Assembly (NCBI GenBank): GCA_963820525.1
Contig: CAWGAA010000001.1
Location: 2,176,001-2,240,000, forward strand
Source of the DNA: an uncultured Spirochaetota bacterium
GTDB lineage: Bacteria; Spirochaetota; Spirochaetia; SZUA-6; Fen-1364
DNA: 64,000 bases
Direction of reading: 5' to 3'
This document shows, piece after piece, positions 8,068 to 17,860 of the stretch (its first letter is position 1; every line of letters begins with the position of its first letter). Under the pieces are notes generated by a model, which made no database searches, was not told where the DNA came from, and worked only from the letters and a program-made list of their open reading frames with translations. The position numbers and the translations under genes are program-made.

Positions 8068-9375
8068 TCACCAGCAGATTCCGTCGTAGCGGGTCGGCAT
8101 GACCTGCTCGAACCGCGGCGCGCTCACGAGGTCCACCACGCGCACATGGCCGTTGACGCCGGCGAGCACCTCCTCGGGATTTTTCGTCTTGCTCCCCAGA
8201 ACGATCACCTCGGACTCCTTCAGCGTCTCCGCCAGAGATTCGCGCAGGAGCTGCGAAATGTGGGGGATCACCTTCTCGATATAGCGTTTGTTGGACCCAT
8301 GGAGGCGGGAATAGGAGACCTCCTCGTCGAAGACGGAAACCTCGTACCCCTTGCCCAAGAGCTTTTCGATCAAGTCGACCATGGGGCTCTCCCGCAGGTC
8401 GTCGGTCCCCGCCTTGAAGGAAAGCCCGATGATCCCCACCTTCTTCTTGCGGGTCTTCTTGATGAGCTCGAAGGCCCTCTCCACCTGCAGGTGGTTGCTG
8501 GGCAGGACGGCCGACAGCAGGGGGGTCTCAACGTCGAGCTCCCGCGCCTTGTGCACGATTGCCCGCAGGTCCTTGGGAAGGCACGAGCCGCCGAAGGCGA
8601 AGCCGGGCTTCAGGTACGTGGGGGAAATGTTGAGCTTCCTGTCCTGGCAGACCAGATCCATGACCTCGCGGCTGTCGACGCCGGCCGCCTTGCAGAGCGT
8701 GCCGACCTCATTGGCGAAGGTCACCTTCAGGGCGTGGAACGCGTTGGAGACGAACTTCACCGTCTCGGCGCTTTTCAGCCCCGCGCGGAGCACCGGGGCC
8801 TTGACGGCGCGGTAGAGGCGCGCCACGACGTCCCCGCTCTTTCCGTCGAGCTGGCCGATGACGGTGAAGGGAGGATCGTAGAAATCCACCACGGAGGTCC
8901 CTTCCCTGAGGAACTCGGGGTTCATGCAAACGCCGAAATCGACTCCCCGCCGCTTTCCCGAGTGCTTTTCCAGGAGGGGGATCAGCACGCCTTCCACGGT
9001 GCCGGGGAGCACCGTGCTCCTCACGTTCACCACGTGGTAATGGCGGCTTGTCGCGAGGAACTCTCCCAGCTGCTGTATCACTTTCTTGACGAACGTCAGG
9101 TTCTGGCTTCCGTTGTCGTTGCTGGGCGTGCCGACGCAGATCAGGGAGACGTCCGCCTCCACGATCGAGTTCCTGCTCGCCGTGAGCCTGCCGGAAGAGA
9201 CCGCTTCCTTCAGCTTCTCCTCGAGGCCCGGCTCCCGGATGGGGCTCTTGCCGGCGTTGATCATGTCGACCTTCAGAGGGTCCACGTCGTAGCCGTGGAC
9301 CGTGTGTCCGTCGCACGCCAGGCACGCCGCCGAAACACAGCCGACGTACCCCAGCCCGAAAATATTGACCTTCAT
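8068..9375 (-). CDS. UDP-glucose/GDP-mannose 6-dehydrogenase (AlgD-like)
   Basis: Start MKVNIFGLGYVG; ICVGTPS, NPEFLREG, FGGSCLPKD, GLSFKAGTDDLRESP, C-terminal GICW. Confidence 0.92.
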   Translation of the reverse strand: MKVNIFGLGYVGCVSAACLACDGHTVHGYDVDPLKVDMINAGKSPIREPGLEEKLKEAVSSGRLTASRNSIVEADVSLICVGTPSNDNGSQNLTFVKKVIQQLGEFLATSRHYHVVNVRSTVLPGTVEGVLIPLLEKHSGKRRGVDFGVCMNPEFLREGTSVVDFYDPPFTVIGQLDGKSGDVVARLYRAVKAPVLRAGLKSAETVKFVSNAFHALKVTFANEVGTLCKAAGVDSREVMDLVCQDRKLNISPTYLKPGFAFGGSCLPKDLRAIVHKARELDVETPLLSAVLPSNHLQVERAFELIKKTRKKKVGIIGLSFKAGTDDLRESPMVDLIEKLLGKGYEVSVFDEEVSYSRLHGSNKRYIEKVIPHISQLLRESLAETLKESEVIVLGSKTKNPEEVLAGVNGHVRVVDLVSAPRFEQVMPTRYDGICW

Positions 9376-9377
9376 CT

Positions 9378-10553
9378 TCACTCCTCCCCAAACCGTGAAA
9401 TGAGAATGTCCGCGATCCTGACAGCCGCCTTCCCGTCCCAATAGGGCGGGGCCGGGGGGGCTTCGACCATCCCCCGGGCCAGCTGGGAGATCGCGGCCGC
9501 GACGATCGGCTCCCTGCCGGTCCCCGCGATCACGTTCGTGCCGCGGCTCACCGTCACGGGGCGCTCCGTGGAATCCCGCAGCGTTACGCACGGGACCCTC
9601 AATACCGTCGTCTCTTCCTGGATCCCGCCGGAATCCGTGAGAACCACCCGCGCGGCCGACATGAGCTTCAGGAAATCCAGGTAGCCCAGCGGCTCGATGG
9701 CATGAATTCCCTCGAGGCATTCCGCGCCGCCGGAGGAGAGATCTCCCCAGCCGAGGAGCCGCTGCAGGCCGAAGGCTTCGATGCGGGCCCGCGTGCGGGG
9801 GTGTATGGGAAACACGATGGGAAGCTCCCGCGCCACCTGGGCCAGGGCTTCGAGGATCCCGCACAGCGCCTCCGCGTCATCCACCGACTCCGCGCGGTGG
9901 AGCGTGAGAACCCCGTAGGGGCAGGGCGCCGAGCCGTTTCGGGCGAGCCCGAGTTGGTGGAGGATCCGCGAGCCCTGCGCCTTCTGCCGATGCGCCAGGA
10001 GCGTGTCGATCATGACGTTTCCCACGAAGTGGATCTTCTCCTCGGCGACGCCCTCACGCCGGAGATTTTCACCGGCGCTCTCCTCCGTGGTGAAGAGGCA
10101 GTCGGAGATGGCGTCGGTGAGGATCCTGTTGATCTCCTCCGGCATCCTGCGGTCGAAGCTTCGAAGTCCCGCCTCGACGTGAACGACGGAGATGCCCATC
10201 TTCACGGCGACAAGCGCGCAGGCAATGGTCGAGTTGACGTCGCCCACCACCAGGACGTGCGTGGGACGCTCCGAAAGGCAAACCTCCTCGAAGCGCTTCA
10301 TGATCTCGGCCGTCTGCGCCGCATGAGAGCCGGAGCCGACGTCGAGGTTGACGTCGGGCTCGGGAAGGCCGAGCTGCTCGAAGAACAGCTCGCTCATCCG
10401 CCTGTCGTAATGCTGGCCCGTGTGAACCAGGATCTGCTCGATTCCTTGTCGGCCCAGCTTCCGCTCCTGTTCTGAAGCCGCGTGCAGGGCCTCCATGATG
10501 GGCCCGATCTTCATGAAGTTCGGCCGCGCGCCCACGACGTTCACGATCTTCAT
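9378..10553 (-). CDS. wecB: UDP-N-acetylglucosamine 2-epimerase (non-hydrolysing; WecB/WbpI family)
   Basis: Start MKIVNVVGARPNFMK; HTGQHYD, HVEAGLRS, PEEINR, TDSGGIQEE, TERP. Confidence 0.93.
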   Translation of the reverse strand: MKIVNVVGARPNFMKIGPIMEALHAASEQERKLGRQGIEQILVHTGQHYDRRMSELFFEQLGLPEPDVNLDVGSGSHAAQTAEIMKRFEEVCLSERPTHVLVVGDVNSTIACALVAVKMGISVVHVEAGLRSFDRRMPEEINRILTDAISDCLFTTEESAGENLRREGVAEEKIHFVGNVMIDTLLAHRQKAQGSRILHQLGLARNGSAPCPYGVLTLHRAESVDDAEALCGILEALAQVARELPIVFPIHPRTRARIEAFGLQRLLGWGDLSSGGAECLEGIHAIEPLGYLDFLKLMSAARVVLTDSGGIQEETTVLRVPCVTLRDSTERPVTVSRGTNVIAGTGREPIVAAAISQLARGMVEAPPAPPYWDGKAAVRIADILISRFGEE

Positions 10554-12475
10554 CTGACGGCGGCCCCCACCGGCCGGCTCGATGCGCCGACCCGGTGCCC
10601 CCGGATGAAGGCATCGTGCCAGAGCTCGAAGGTGAGCAGGGCAAAGAGGATCCGCTTGTTGTCCTCCTGCAGGGCCGCGTGCGAATCGAGCATCTCGTTG
10701 ACCGTGGCGATGTTGAAATAGGTCCGGCATGCCGAATCCGCGGCATTGAGGCGCTCCCGCAGGCTGTCTTTCAGATCGCCGTGAAACCATTCGTCCAGAG
10801 GGGTTCGAAAACCGATCTTTTCGCGCCCGATCACTTCCGGGGGGACCCAGCGGGGGGATACGGCCTTCTTCAACGCGTATTTCTGGGTCAGGCCGCGGAT
10901 CTTGAGCTTCTGGGGGATGCTTTCCACGAACTCCATGAGCTCCAGGTCGAGGAAGGGAACGCGCGCTTCCAGGGATACGGCCATGGACATCTTGTCCCCG
11001 TAGAGAAGGAGGTTGTCCGCAAGCGATGTACGCGCGTCCACGTAGAGCATCCTGTTCAGCGCATCGCAAGGCCCGGCCTCCCTATACCAGGAACCGATGC
11101 ATTCCCGCATCGCCCTGTCATCCGAAGGGCGAAGCCCATCCCGGAAAATCCTGTCCTTGAGCCGTGCGTCGATGACGCCGTACACCTTGATGAGCCTCTC
11201 CAGGGGGTCCATCGTCCCCAGGGATCGGACGGCCCGTTTGAGCTTCTCGTTGCGGGGCAGCCGTTCAGCCAGGGGCGTGATGAGGTGCGTGCGAAGCAGG
11301 GAAGGGATGGCGCGGTAATAGGGTCCGTATCTCTCTCCCATGTGGCGGGAGTAACCGGCGAAGGGCTCGTCCGCCCCCTGGCCGGTGAGAACCACCTTCA
11401 CGCTTTCACGCGCGAGAGCGCACACGCTGTAGTAGGCAAGCGTGGATCCCGTGGCCACGGGCTCTTCCAGGTACTCGATGGAAAGCGGCAGGAAGTCCGC
11501 GTAGGTGGCCGACGAAACCCTCACCTCGTGGTGATTGCTCCCGATTCTCCGGGAAGCCTCCCGGGCGTATTCGAGCTCGTTCCATTTGAAATCGTCCTCG
11601 AAGCCGACGGTGAACGTCTCTATCGGCCCGCCCGACGCCTCGGTCATGATGGCCGCGACGGTGCTGGAGTCCACCCCGCCGCTGAGCATTGCGCCGATGG
11701 GAACATCGGAGACCATCTGGCGCTTCACGGAAGCGGAGACGAGCTCTGAAAGCCTTTCGACGACGTCGCGCTCAGACCAGCGGGAAAGCGGCTCCGGCGC
11801 CGGGCGGGAGAACCGCACCGTCTTCACCCCGGAAGGCGAGCATACCAGCGCATGGCCGGGGAGAAGCTTCTTGATTCCGGAAAACACTGTGCGCGGCGAC
11901 GGCACGTAGCCCAGCGACACGTACTGGTCAAGCGCTTCGCGGTCCACCGCCGGAGTAACATCGGGGCTGCAGAGGATGGTCCTGAGCTCCGAGCCGAAGA
12001 GGAGCGTCGCGCCGTCGTCGCGGTAGTACAGGGGCTTTACGCCGAAGGGATCGCGGGCCAGCACGAGGGTATGGAGGCGCTGGTCCCAGATGGCCAGCCC
12101 GAACATGCCGTTCAGGCGGGCAAGCCCCTCAAGCCCCCACTGCTCGTACGCGTGGATGATCGTCTCGGTGTCCGACGCGGTGGCGAAGGCGTGCCCATGC
12201 GAGGCGAGCTCCCGCCGCAGGTCCTGGAAGTTGTAGATCTCGCCGTTGAAAACCAGCCAGATCCTGCCGTCTTCATTGCACATGGGCTGATGCCCGCCGG
12301 CGAGGTCGATGATGGACAGCCGTCTCACCCCCAGGCCGATCCCTTCGGAGTCGTCCGCGTACAGTCCCTCGTCGTCCGGTCCTCTATGGGCGATGGAGCG
12401 CGTCATCCGCGCCAACAGGTCCCGATCAAAGGGGTGCCGCTCGCGGTAATGGAACCCTCCCGTTACGCCGCACAT
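10550..12475 (-). CDS. asnB: Asparagine synthase (glutamine-hydrolysing) family amidotransferase
   Basis: N-terminal MCG, HRGPD, RRLSIID, FNGEIYNF, LSGGVDSS, VLTGQGADE, EARVPFLD. Confidence 0.93.
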   Translation of the reverse strand: MCGVTGGFHYRERHPFDRDLLARMTRSIAHRGPDDEGLYADDSEGIGLGVRRLSIIDLAGGHQPMCNEDGRIWLVFNGEIYNFQDLRRELASHGHAFATASDTETIIHAYEQWGLEGLARLNGMFGLAIWDQRLHTLVLARDPFGVKPLYYRDDGATLLFGSELRTILCSPDVTPAVDREALDQYVSLGYVPSPRTVFSGIKKLLPGHALVCSPSGVKTVRFSRPAPEPLSRWSERDVVERLSELVSASVKRQMVSDVPIGAMLSGGVDSSTVAAIMTEASGGPIETFTVGFEDDFKWNELEYAREASRRIGSNHHEVRVSSATYADFLPLSIEYLEEPVATGSTLAYYSVCALARESVKVVLTGQGADEPFAGYSRHMGERYGPYYRAIPSLLRTHLITPLAERLPRNEKLKRAVRSLGTMDPLERLIKVYGVIDARLKDRIFRDGLRPSDDRAMRECIGSWYREAGPCDALNRMLYVDARTSLADNLLLYGDKMSMAVSLEARVPFLDLELMEFVESIPQKLKIRGLTQKYALKKAVSPRWVPPEVIGREKIGFRTPLDEWFHGDLKDSLRERLNAADSACRTYFNIATVNEMLDSHAALQEDNKRILFALLTFELWHDAFIRGHRVGASSRPVGAAVR

Positions 12476-12479
12476 GGGC

Positions 12480-13718
12480 TTACCTCCCCGCCGCCGCCAT
12501 GGGATGGGGCTGAACGCGCTCGCCGGCTTCTCTGAGCAGCCACAGGGTCAGGCTCCTGAAGGTCTGCGACTGCGCCCAGCGGTGGTATGGCACCTTGTTC
12601 CAGCCCACGACCATTTTCCTGGTCAGGAAAGAACCGTCCGGCTTCTGCCAGCGCGAAAGAAGATCGTCGCCAACCGCCTCAATGATCTCGCGGCACCGTG
12701 GGTAGCGGTCTTCCAGCAGGAAGCAGAGGTTGAGGCACTCCGCGTAGTCGTAGAGCTCCCGCGTATGGAGCGTCATGCGGGGAGCAACCGCGAAGGGAAT
12801 GGGAAGAGAGCTCCTGTCCAGCAGGTGCGAGGTGTAGAACGCGAAACCCTTGTCGATGGCCTGCGAGCAGGAAGAGCCGCCGGTCAGCCGCTCGATCTTC
12901 GCCAGGCTCTTCAGAACGAAGCAGGTATGGAAGTTGTCGACGAAGGTCTCCGAGCCGTCCGCCGCGTAGCACCAGGAGCCGTCGGGATTCTGGCTTGCGA
13001 CGACGAAATCGACGTACTTCCGGGCGGCCGCGACGTAGTCTTCGCGGCTGAAGCGGTACCCCGCATCGGTGAGGAGAAACGCCCTGTAGGCAGTGGCGTT
13101 GACCACGTGGGAGTGGTCCTCATCGCGGGTGGTGTAGGAGCTTGCAATGCCGAGGGGGGGCAGGGGATTGTCGTGAAGGTCGCGGAAGGCGTGATCCGCT
13201 ATGGAGCGCATGATCCGAAGCTTTTCCTCGTCCCCGTCCAGCTCGTAGCCGGCGGCGAACGCCTCGTAGACGTACGGTGTCGTGGTGATGAGCGGGGTCT
13301 GGGCGGGGACGGTCCCCTTGGTCCCGACCCAATCGAAGGGATATCCCCAGCAGTAATTCCGTTCGCCGGGGCAGCGCATCCTCTTCAGCGCTTCCAGGTA
13401 GATCACACCGCGCTGGCGGTACACCTCCGCCCCCGTGGCTCGATACAGGTTGAAGAAACCCATCGCGTAATGCGCGTCGGCTATGGGAAAGCGGGATTTG
13501 CCGCGGAACAGCGCCCGGGTTGCCGGCAGGAACGAATCCAGAAGGACGAAAGGGGCAACCGCCGCGATCCCCCAGCGGTGCGCGTAGTACAGCGCCTTCG
13601 CCCTGCCGCCTCCGGAAGAAGCCCACAGATCGTACTGGTCCTGGGAAACCTCCCCGAACGAGTCGAGCCAGAGGATGAACCGGCTGATGGAGGAACGAAG
13701 CGAATCATGCGTATCCAT
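12480..13718 (-). CDS. Conserved polysaccharide-locus protein with predicted (alpha/alpha)6 toroid fold
   Basis: CWGYPFDW, QNPDGSWCY, VDNFHT and QKPDGSF repeats resembling prenyltransferase/squalene-cyclase-type repeats; overlaps the upstream gene. Confidence 0.6.
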   Translation of the reverse strand: MDTHDSLRSSISRFILWLDSFGEVSQDQYDLWASSGGGRAKALYYAHRWGIAAVAPFVLLDSFLPATRALFRGKSRFPIADAHYAMGFFNLYRATGAEVYRQRGVIYLEALKRMRCPGERNYCWGYPFDWVGTKGTVPAQTPLITTTPYVYEAFAAGYELDGDEEKLRIMRSIADHAFRDLHDNPLPPLGIASSYTTRDEDHSHVVNATAYRAFLLTDAGYRFSREDYVAAARKYVDFVVASQNPDGSWCYAADGSETFVDNFHTCFVLKSLAKIERLTGGSSCSQAIDKGFAFYTSHLLDRSSLPIPFAVAPRMTLHTRELYDYAECLNLCFLLEDRYPRCREIIEAVGDDLLSRWQKPDGSFLTRKMVVGWNKVPYHRWAQSQTFRSLTLWLLREAGERVQPHPMAAAGR

Positions 13719-14652
13719 GCTCTTTTTCTCCTATTGCGATGTGAAAGAATTTCTCGCGCGCCCGGGACATGGTCAGAAACTCGACGTCGGCGCGCGCGCG
13801 AAGCGCCCCGATCCGGCGGGCCAGGAGCCGCGCCGCCCCCTCATCGACGCGAGCCGCCTCGTTTGCGCCGCTACGCGGATCGAGAAGCTCGTCGATGTGG
13901 AAGAAGTACGTGAGAAAGGCGGGCGCCGCCATGAAGGCCGCCTTGGAAAGGGTTGCCGCGTGGAGCGCCGAGTACACGGCGCCATTGCCTTCCAGGACGC
14001 TCGCGTAGATGGGGAACTCGATGATGCGCGAGCCTCCCCGCTTCTCGACATCCTCGGGATCCGGAAAATAGGGCGCCAGGGGCGGGCCGAACAGCCTGCC
14101 GGCTACCGAGCCGAGCCGAGCCATTGCGTGTTTCCTGCGCGCGCCCCCTCCGGAGGCGGAGACCCTGTTCGCCGCGCCCCACAGCGTGGAGGAGTCGGAG
14201 GTGAAGCCGAGCTCTTCGAGGATCGCGGGAAGCCCTCCGACATGGAGAAGGGCGCCGCTCCTGAAGCTCGCCGGCCGCGCGCCGCATTCGGCCAGCTTGT
14301 CGGCCCCGTCGGAGATCTGGGCGCGGACCCATTCCCTGTCTTTGGTCTCGTAGCCAAGCCTTCCATCCGCCCCGGTCCTCCGCCAGTGAACGTGAAGCCC
14401 GATTTCGTCGCGGGGGCGCGCGGCGAGCCGCGCCACGACCTCGGGAAACAATCGGGGGAGGTCCCTCTCCCGCTCGCGGCTCGCTTCCACGAACCAGGAG
14501 CAGGGGATTCCCTGCTGCTGGAGAAACTGTTCTAGAAGGGGCGTTGCCTTGAGCACGCCGCCGTAATCCCTTGCCGTGCCGTTTCCGTGGTCCCAGGGGC
14601 CGTGGTTCGGCTCCCAATCCACGGAAAATATGACAAAGAGCTTCTCATGCAT
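13705..14652 (-). CDS. Polysaccharide deacetylase-like protein (WalW-like)
   Basis: Start MHEKLFVIFSVDWE (TGATG overlap); SWFVE, EIGLHVH, SFRSG, SDSS, YFFHIDE. Confidence 0.7.
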   Translation of the reverse strand: MHEKLFVIFSVDWEPNHGPWDHGNGTARDYGGVLKATPLLEQFLQQQGIPCSWFVEASRERERDLPRLFPEVVARLAARPRDEIGLHVHWRRTGADGRLGYETKDREWVRAQISDGADKLAECGARPASFRSGALLHVGGLPAILEELGFTSDSSTLWGAANRVSASGGGARRKHAMARLGSVAGRLFGPPLAPYFPDPEDVEKRGGSRIIEFPIYASVLEGNGAVYSALHAATLSKAAFMAAPAFLTYFFHIDELLDPRSGANEAARVDEGAARLLARRIGALRARADVEFLTMSRAREKFFHIAIGEKEHGYA

Positions 14653-15818
14653 CAGCAGGCCCCCACCGCGACCCGACTTTCCATGAATTCCACCACCTTT
14701 TTCGTGTTCGACTCCCACGTCCAGCGGGAAACCCTTTCCAGCAGCCCCGCCGCCAGCCTCCGTCGAAGCGCGGGGTCGCGGGCCAGCCGCTCGATCGAGC
14801 CCGCCATCTCCTCCACCGAGCCGGGAGCGAAGAGCAGACCCGACCTGCCGTCCTCGATGATCTCCTCGATGGGAGAAAATCGCGGGGCGACGACCGCCTT
14901 TCCCATCGCCGCATATTCGAAGAGCTTGGTCGGCGAGCCGTACCATGTGGCGTTGGCAATGACGCAGACGTCCATCGCCGCGATAGAGCGGGGCACATCG
15001 CTGTAGGGCACCTTCCCCGTGGCGACAAGCCCGGGGGGCAGTCCCACGGACCCGTCCGCAGCCGAGGCGGAGAGCTCGCCCACCAGAAGGCCTTTCACTC
15101 CAGGGTCTCCGGAAGTCAGGCGGGAGAGAGCCGCGAGGAAAAGGTCCACCCGGTGCCACGCGGCCATGCTGCCCACGAATCCGACAACCGTGGCGTTTCC
15201 CAACCCGAGCTCCTCCCGCACCGCGGCGCCGTCCACCGAGGGGGAAAACATCGCCTCGTCCGCCGTCGGGTAGAGAACCAGAAGCTTTCCATCATCGAAG
15301 CCACGCCGGGCGTAATGGCGCCTCAGGGCTTCGGAGCCGAGGATCACCAGGTCCGCTCGACGGATGAGGGAGTCCTCCTGCACTACGGCATAGGGCTTCA
15401 GGATCGAAAAGTGCATGCTCACCGATTCCCTCAAGGGATCGTTGACCTCCAGCACGTGGGGAATGCCGAGAGATCGCGCAAGACGCTGCCCGCCGGAGTG
15501 GAAGGCATTGGCACGCTCGTAGAGGAAATCGGGCTTCCCCTCGGCGACGAGGCCGGCTGCCTCCCCTCGGAAGCGCCTGTCGTGGACTATCTCATAGAGG
15601 TCCCGCGCGAGCTTCGCCACGCCGGGCGGCACGCGCCGCCGCATGGTCCGATACGCCTCCTTGGCCTCCGCGGCGCCCGGCTTCTCGCTCGCCAGAAAGC
15701 GGATCACGCGGTGACCCGCGGCCTCGAAGCCCTTGATGGTCTTCGTCATGTGCGTGGCATACCCTGCGGCGTCGGTGATGCGGTTTCGCGGGTTGGAGTT
15801 GAGGTACAGGAGCGTCAT
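14652..15818 (-). CDS. Glycosyltransferase family 4
   Basis: Start MTLLYLNS (ATGA overlap); LYER, VLEVN, GFVGSMAAWH, GSPTKLFEYAAMGK. Confidence 0.9.
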   Translation of the reverse strand: MTLLYLNSNPRNRITDAAGYATHMTKTIKGFEAAGHRVIRFLASEKPGAAEAKEAYRTMRRRVPPGVAKLARDLYEIVHDRRFRGEAAGLVAEGKPDFLYERANAFHSGGQRLARSLGIPHVLEVNDPLRESVSMHFSILKPYAVVQEDSLIRRADLVILGSEALRRHYARRGFDDGKLLVLYPTADEAMFSPSVDGAAVREELGLGNATVVGFVGSMAAWHRVDLFLAALSRLTSGDPGVKGLLVGELSASAADGSVGLPPGLVATGKVPYSDVPRSIAAMDVCVIANATWYGSPTKLFEYAAMGKAVVAPRFSPIEEIIEDGRSGLLFAPGSVEEMAGSIERLARDPALRRRLAAGLLERVSRWTWESNTKKVVEFMESRVAVGAC

Positions 15819-17860
15819 CGGGGCACCCCCCCGGGCTCCCCGACGGGCGATTCGGCGCAGATGAATCGGGTGCCGAGCGCGCAGGGGAGCCCACCCCGCC
15901 GCGAGATCACCAGCTTTCGGGTTTCGCGCTTGCGCCCATAGCGCTCCGAGACCCAGCCCTCCGTCACTGCCAGCTTCCAATCGCCGAGGTCGGCAAAGGA
16001 GATGAAAAGAACCGCCCCCGCGCGGGAGAGCTTCACCAATGAGGGGCCGAGACTGTCGAGCCGGCAGTCGGGATGAACGGTGAGAAAGATCTCGAAAAGA
16101 TGCTCTCCCTCTCCGGCAAAGGAATCCTCCACGGCGAGGGTGTTGGAGCCCTTGTCCAAGAGGAACTCCCTCTTGTGCACGACCGGCCGCGGGAGGCGCC
16201 GGTAGCCGTAGTGCTCAGCGGCGAGGCGGTCTGCGGTGGGTGAGCTTTTCCAGAGCGTCACGAGCGGGCGCGCGTCGTTTTCCATGGCGAAGAGAATCGA
16301 CTCGGAGAACCGGTTTATCTCCACGCCGTCCACGCGGGCCGTGTTGTGGAACGCGGTGGAGCGGAAGAGGTTCCTCCACCGCGGCGAGCCGGAGTAGATG
16401 AAGGTTCCGCTGTCTGACAGGAAGGCCGTATTCTTCCAGAAAAGCTCGAAGCTCAATGCGTCGCTGTGGGCGTGCCCGGCGTGGCGGCCGTTCATCCCGC
16501 CGTTGGCGCAGACGACGAAGACCTTCACGTCCTGGCCGCTGTGAAGGGCGTAGTACCCCGCATCGGGGAATGCCCGTGAAGAGCTGCCGGGGGGGGCGTG
16601 CGGCAGGGCGAGTGCCCGGTTCAGCCCGGCAGAGCCGAAGAGCCACACGAGGTCTTCCCCCGTCGCGAGGGCGGAGTGAGGAAGCTCCTTCCTGCCGCAG
16701 AACAGCGCAGCAGGGGCCAGGAGGTGCCTGTGATCGCGGTAGTCGGTCGGCCCCAGGGGCGTGACGCGCCCGTCATCCGCGTCGCGCGCAAGCGAGCCGG
16801 TTCCATCGGGGCGCAGATACCCTTCGAGGAACGCGGTCATTGCGTCCAGCGCGGCGACCATCCGCTTTGGGAGCGGGATTCCATTGGAGCTGCACAGAAC
16901 GCCGCAGCCCAGGAGCATCTCGAGCACCAGCCGGTGGTAGGCCGGGGCAAGCTCCCAGTGCGCCCCGTCGGGGAGCACCTGGACTTCCAGCTCGCTTTCC
17001 AGCTCCGAGAGCGCGAAGGAAAGCCATGCCTCGGGCTCGCGGCCGTCGAGCATCACCCCGAGGTAGACGAGGCCGACCAGGTCCGCCATGTAATGGTTGC
17101 CGTTCATGCGCTGGAGCCTGCCGTCCACGACCCTTCTGTCGAACTCGAGGTTGCCGCGGATGAATCGCCCATGATCGAGAAGGGAGGCGGCCAGCGCGCG
17201 CTTTCTGTCCTCGTCGAACAGGGGCGAATCTCTGAAGAAGAAATACGCCCAGAGCAGGTTGATCGCGCGGATGGCCACCTCCATGGGACAATGCCAGTTC
17301 ACGCCATAAAGGAAGGGATTCTTTTCCAGCCAATCGGAGAGCTGGTCGAGAAACTCACGGGTGTAGCGCTCGCTTCCCGTGAACAGGTACCCCTTCCCCA
17401 GCGAGATGAAGTGGTAGAAGCGCGAGAGCTCCCAGGGGACCTTGATGTCGGAACCGTCCGAAAGGTCGATCTCGGGGATGTCCTCGAAGTAGTGCCGGGG
17501 CCACGCCTTCCCGCTCTTGAAGTCCCTGTGCCAGTCGATCGTGTCGCCCAGGAAGACCTCCCCGGAGCCCAGGAGGTCGAACACATGGGCAACGGCTTTG
17601 TCGGCCTCCTCGACGGCGCGGTTCGGCGAATCGTTCCAGCGGTCGAGGAAGAGGGAAAGGAAATGCGCCCGATTGTCCCGCATGTCGCGGGCGCAGAAGA
17701 ACTCGCGGTCTTCCCTGATGCGCGCGGAGGCGGGGCGGGCCTGCGGGCGCAGCCGCATCCTCTGGGCGGCGGAAGCCCACCTGCGCTCAAGGCGCGAAAA
17801 CGCCACAGCGGCGAGCACCGGTAGCGGCGTCTGGAGAACCCGGGCGATGATCTTTTTCAT
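15815..17860 (-). CDS. Heparinase II/III family protein
   Basis: Start MKKIIARV; DIKVPWELSR, MEVAIR, NHYMAD, GHAHSDALSFEL, DSGTFIY, RSTAFHNT. Confidence 0.88.
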   Translation of the reverse strand: MKKIIARVLQTPLPVLAAVAFSRLERRWASAAQRMRLRPQARPASARIREDREFFCARDMRDNRAHFLSLFLDRWNDSPNRAVEEADKAVAHVFDLLGSGEVFLGDTIDWHRDFKSGKAWPRHYFEDIPEIDLSDGSDIKVPWELSRFYHFISLGKGYLFTGSERYTREFLDQLSDWLEKNPFLYGVNWHCPMEVAIRAINLLWAYFFFRDSPLFDEDRKRALAASLLDHGRFIRGNLEFDRRVVDGRLQRMNGNHYMADLVGLVYLGVMLDGREPEAWLSFALSELESELEVQVLPDGAHWELAPAYHRLVLEMLLGCGVLCSSNGIPLPKRMVAALDAMTAFLEGYLRPDGTGSLARDADDGRVTPLGPTDYRDHRHLLAPAALFCGRKELPHSALATGEDLVWLFGSAGLNRALALPHAPPGSSSRAFPDAGYYALHSGQDVKVFVVCANGGMNGRHAGHAHSDALSFELFWKNTAFLSDSGTFIYSGSPRWRNLFRSTAFHNTARVDGVEINRFSESILFAMENDARPLVTLWKSSPTADRLAAEHYGYRRLPRPVVHKREFLLDKGSNTLAVEDSFAGEGEHLFEIFLTVHPDCRLDSLGPSLVKLSRAGAVLFISFADLGDWKLAVTEGWVSERYGRKRETRKLVISRRGGLPCALGTRFICAESPVGEPGGVPR

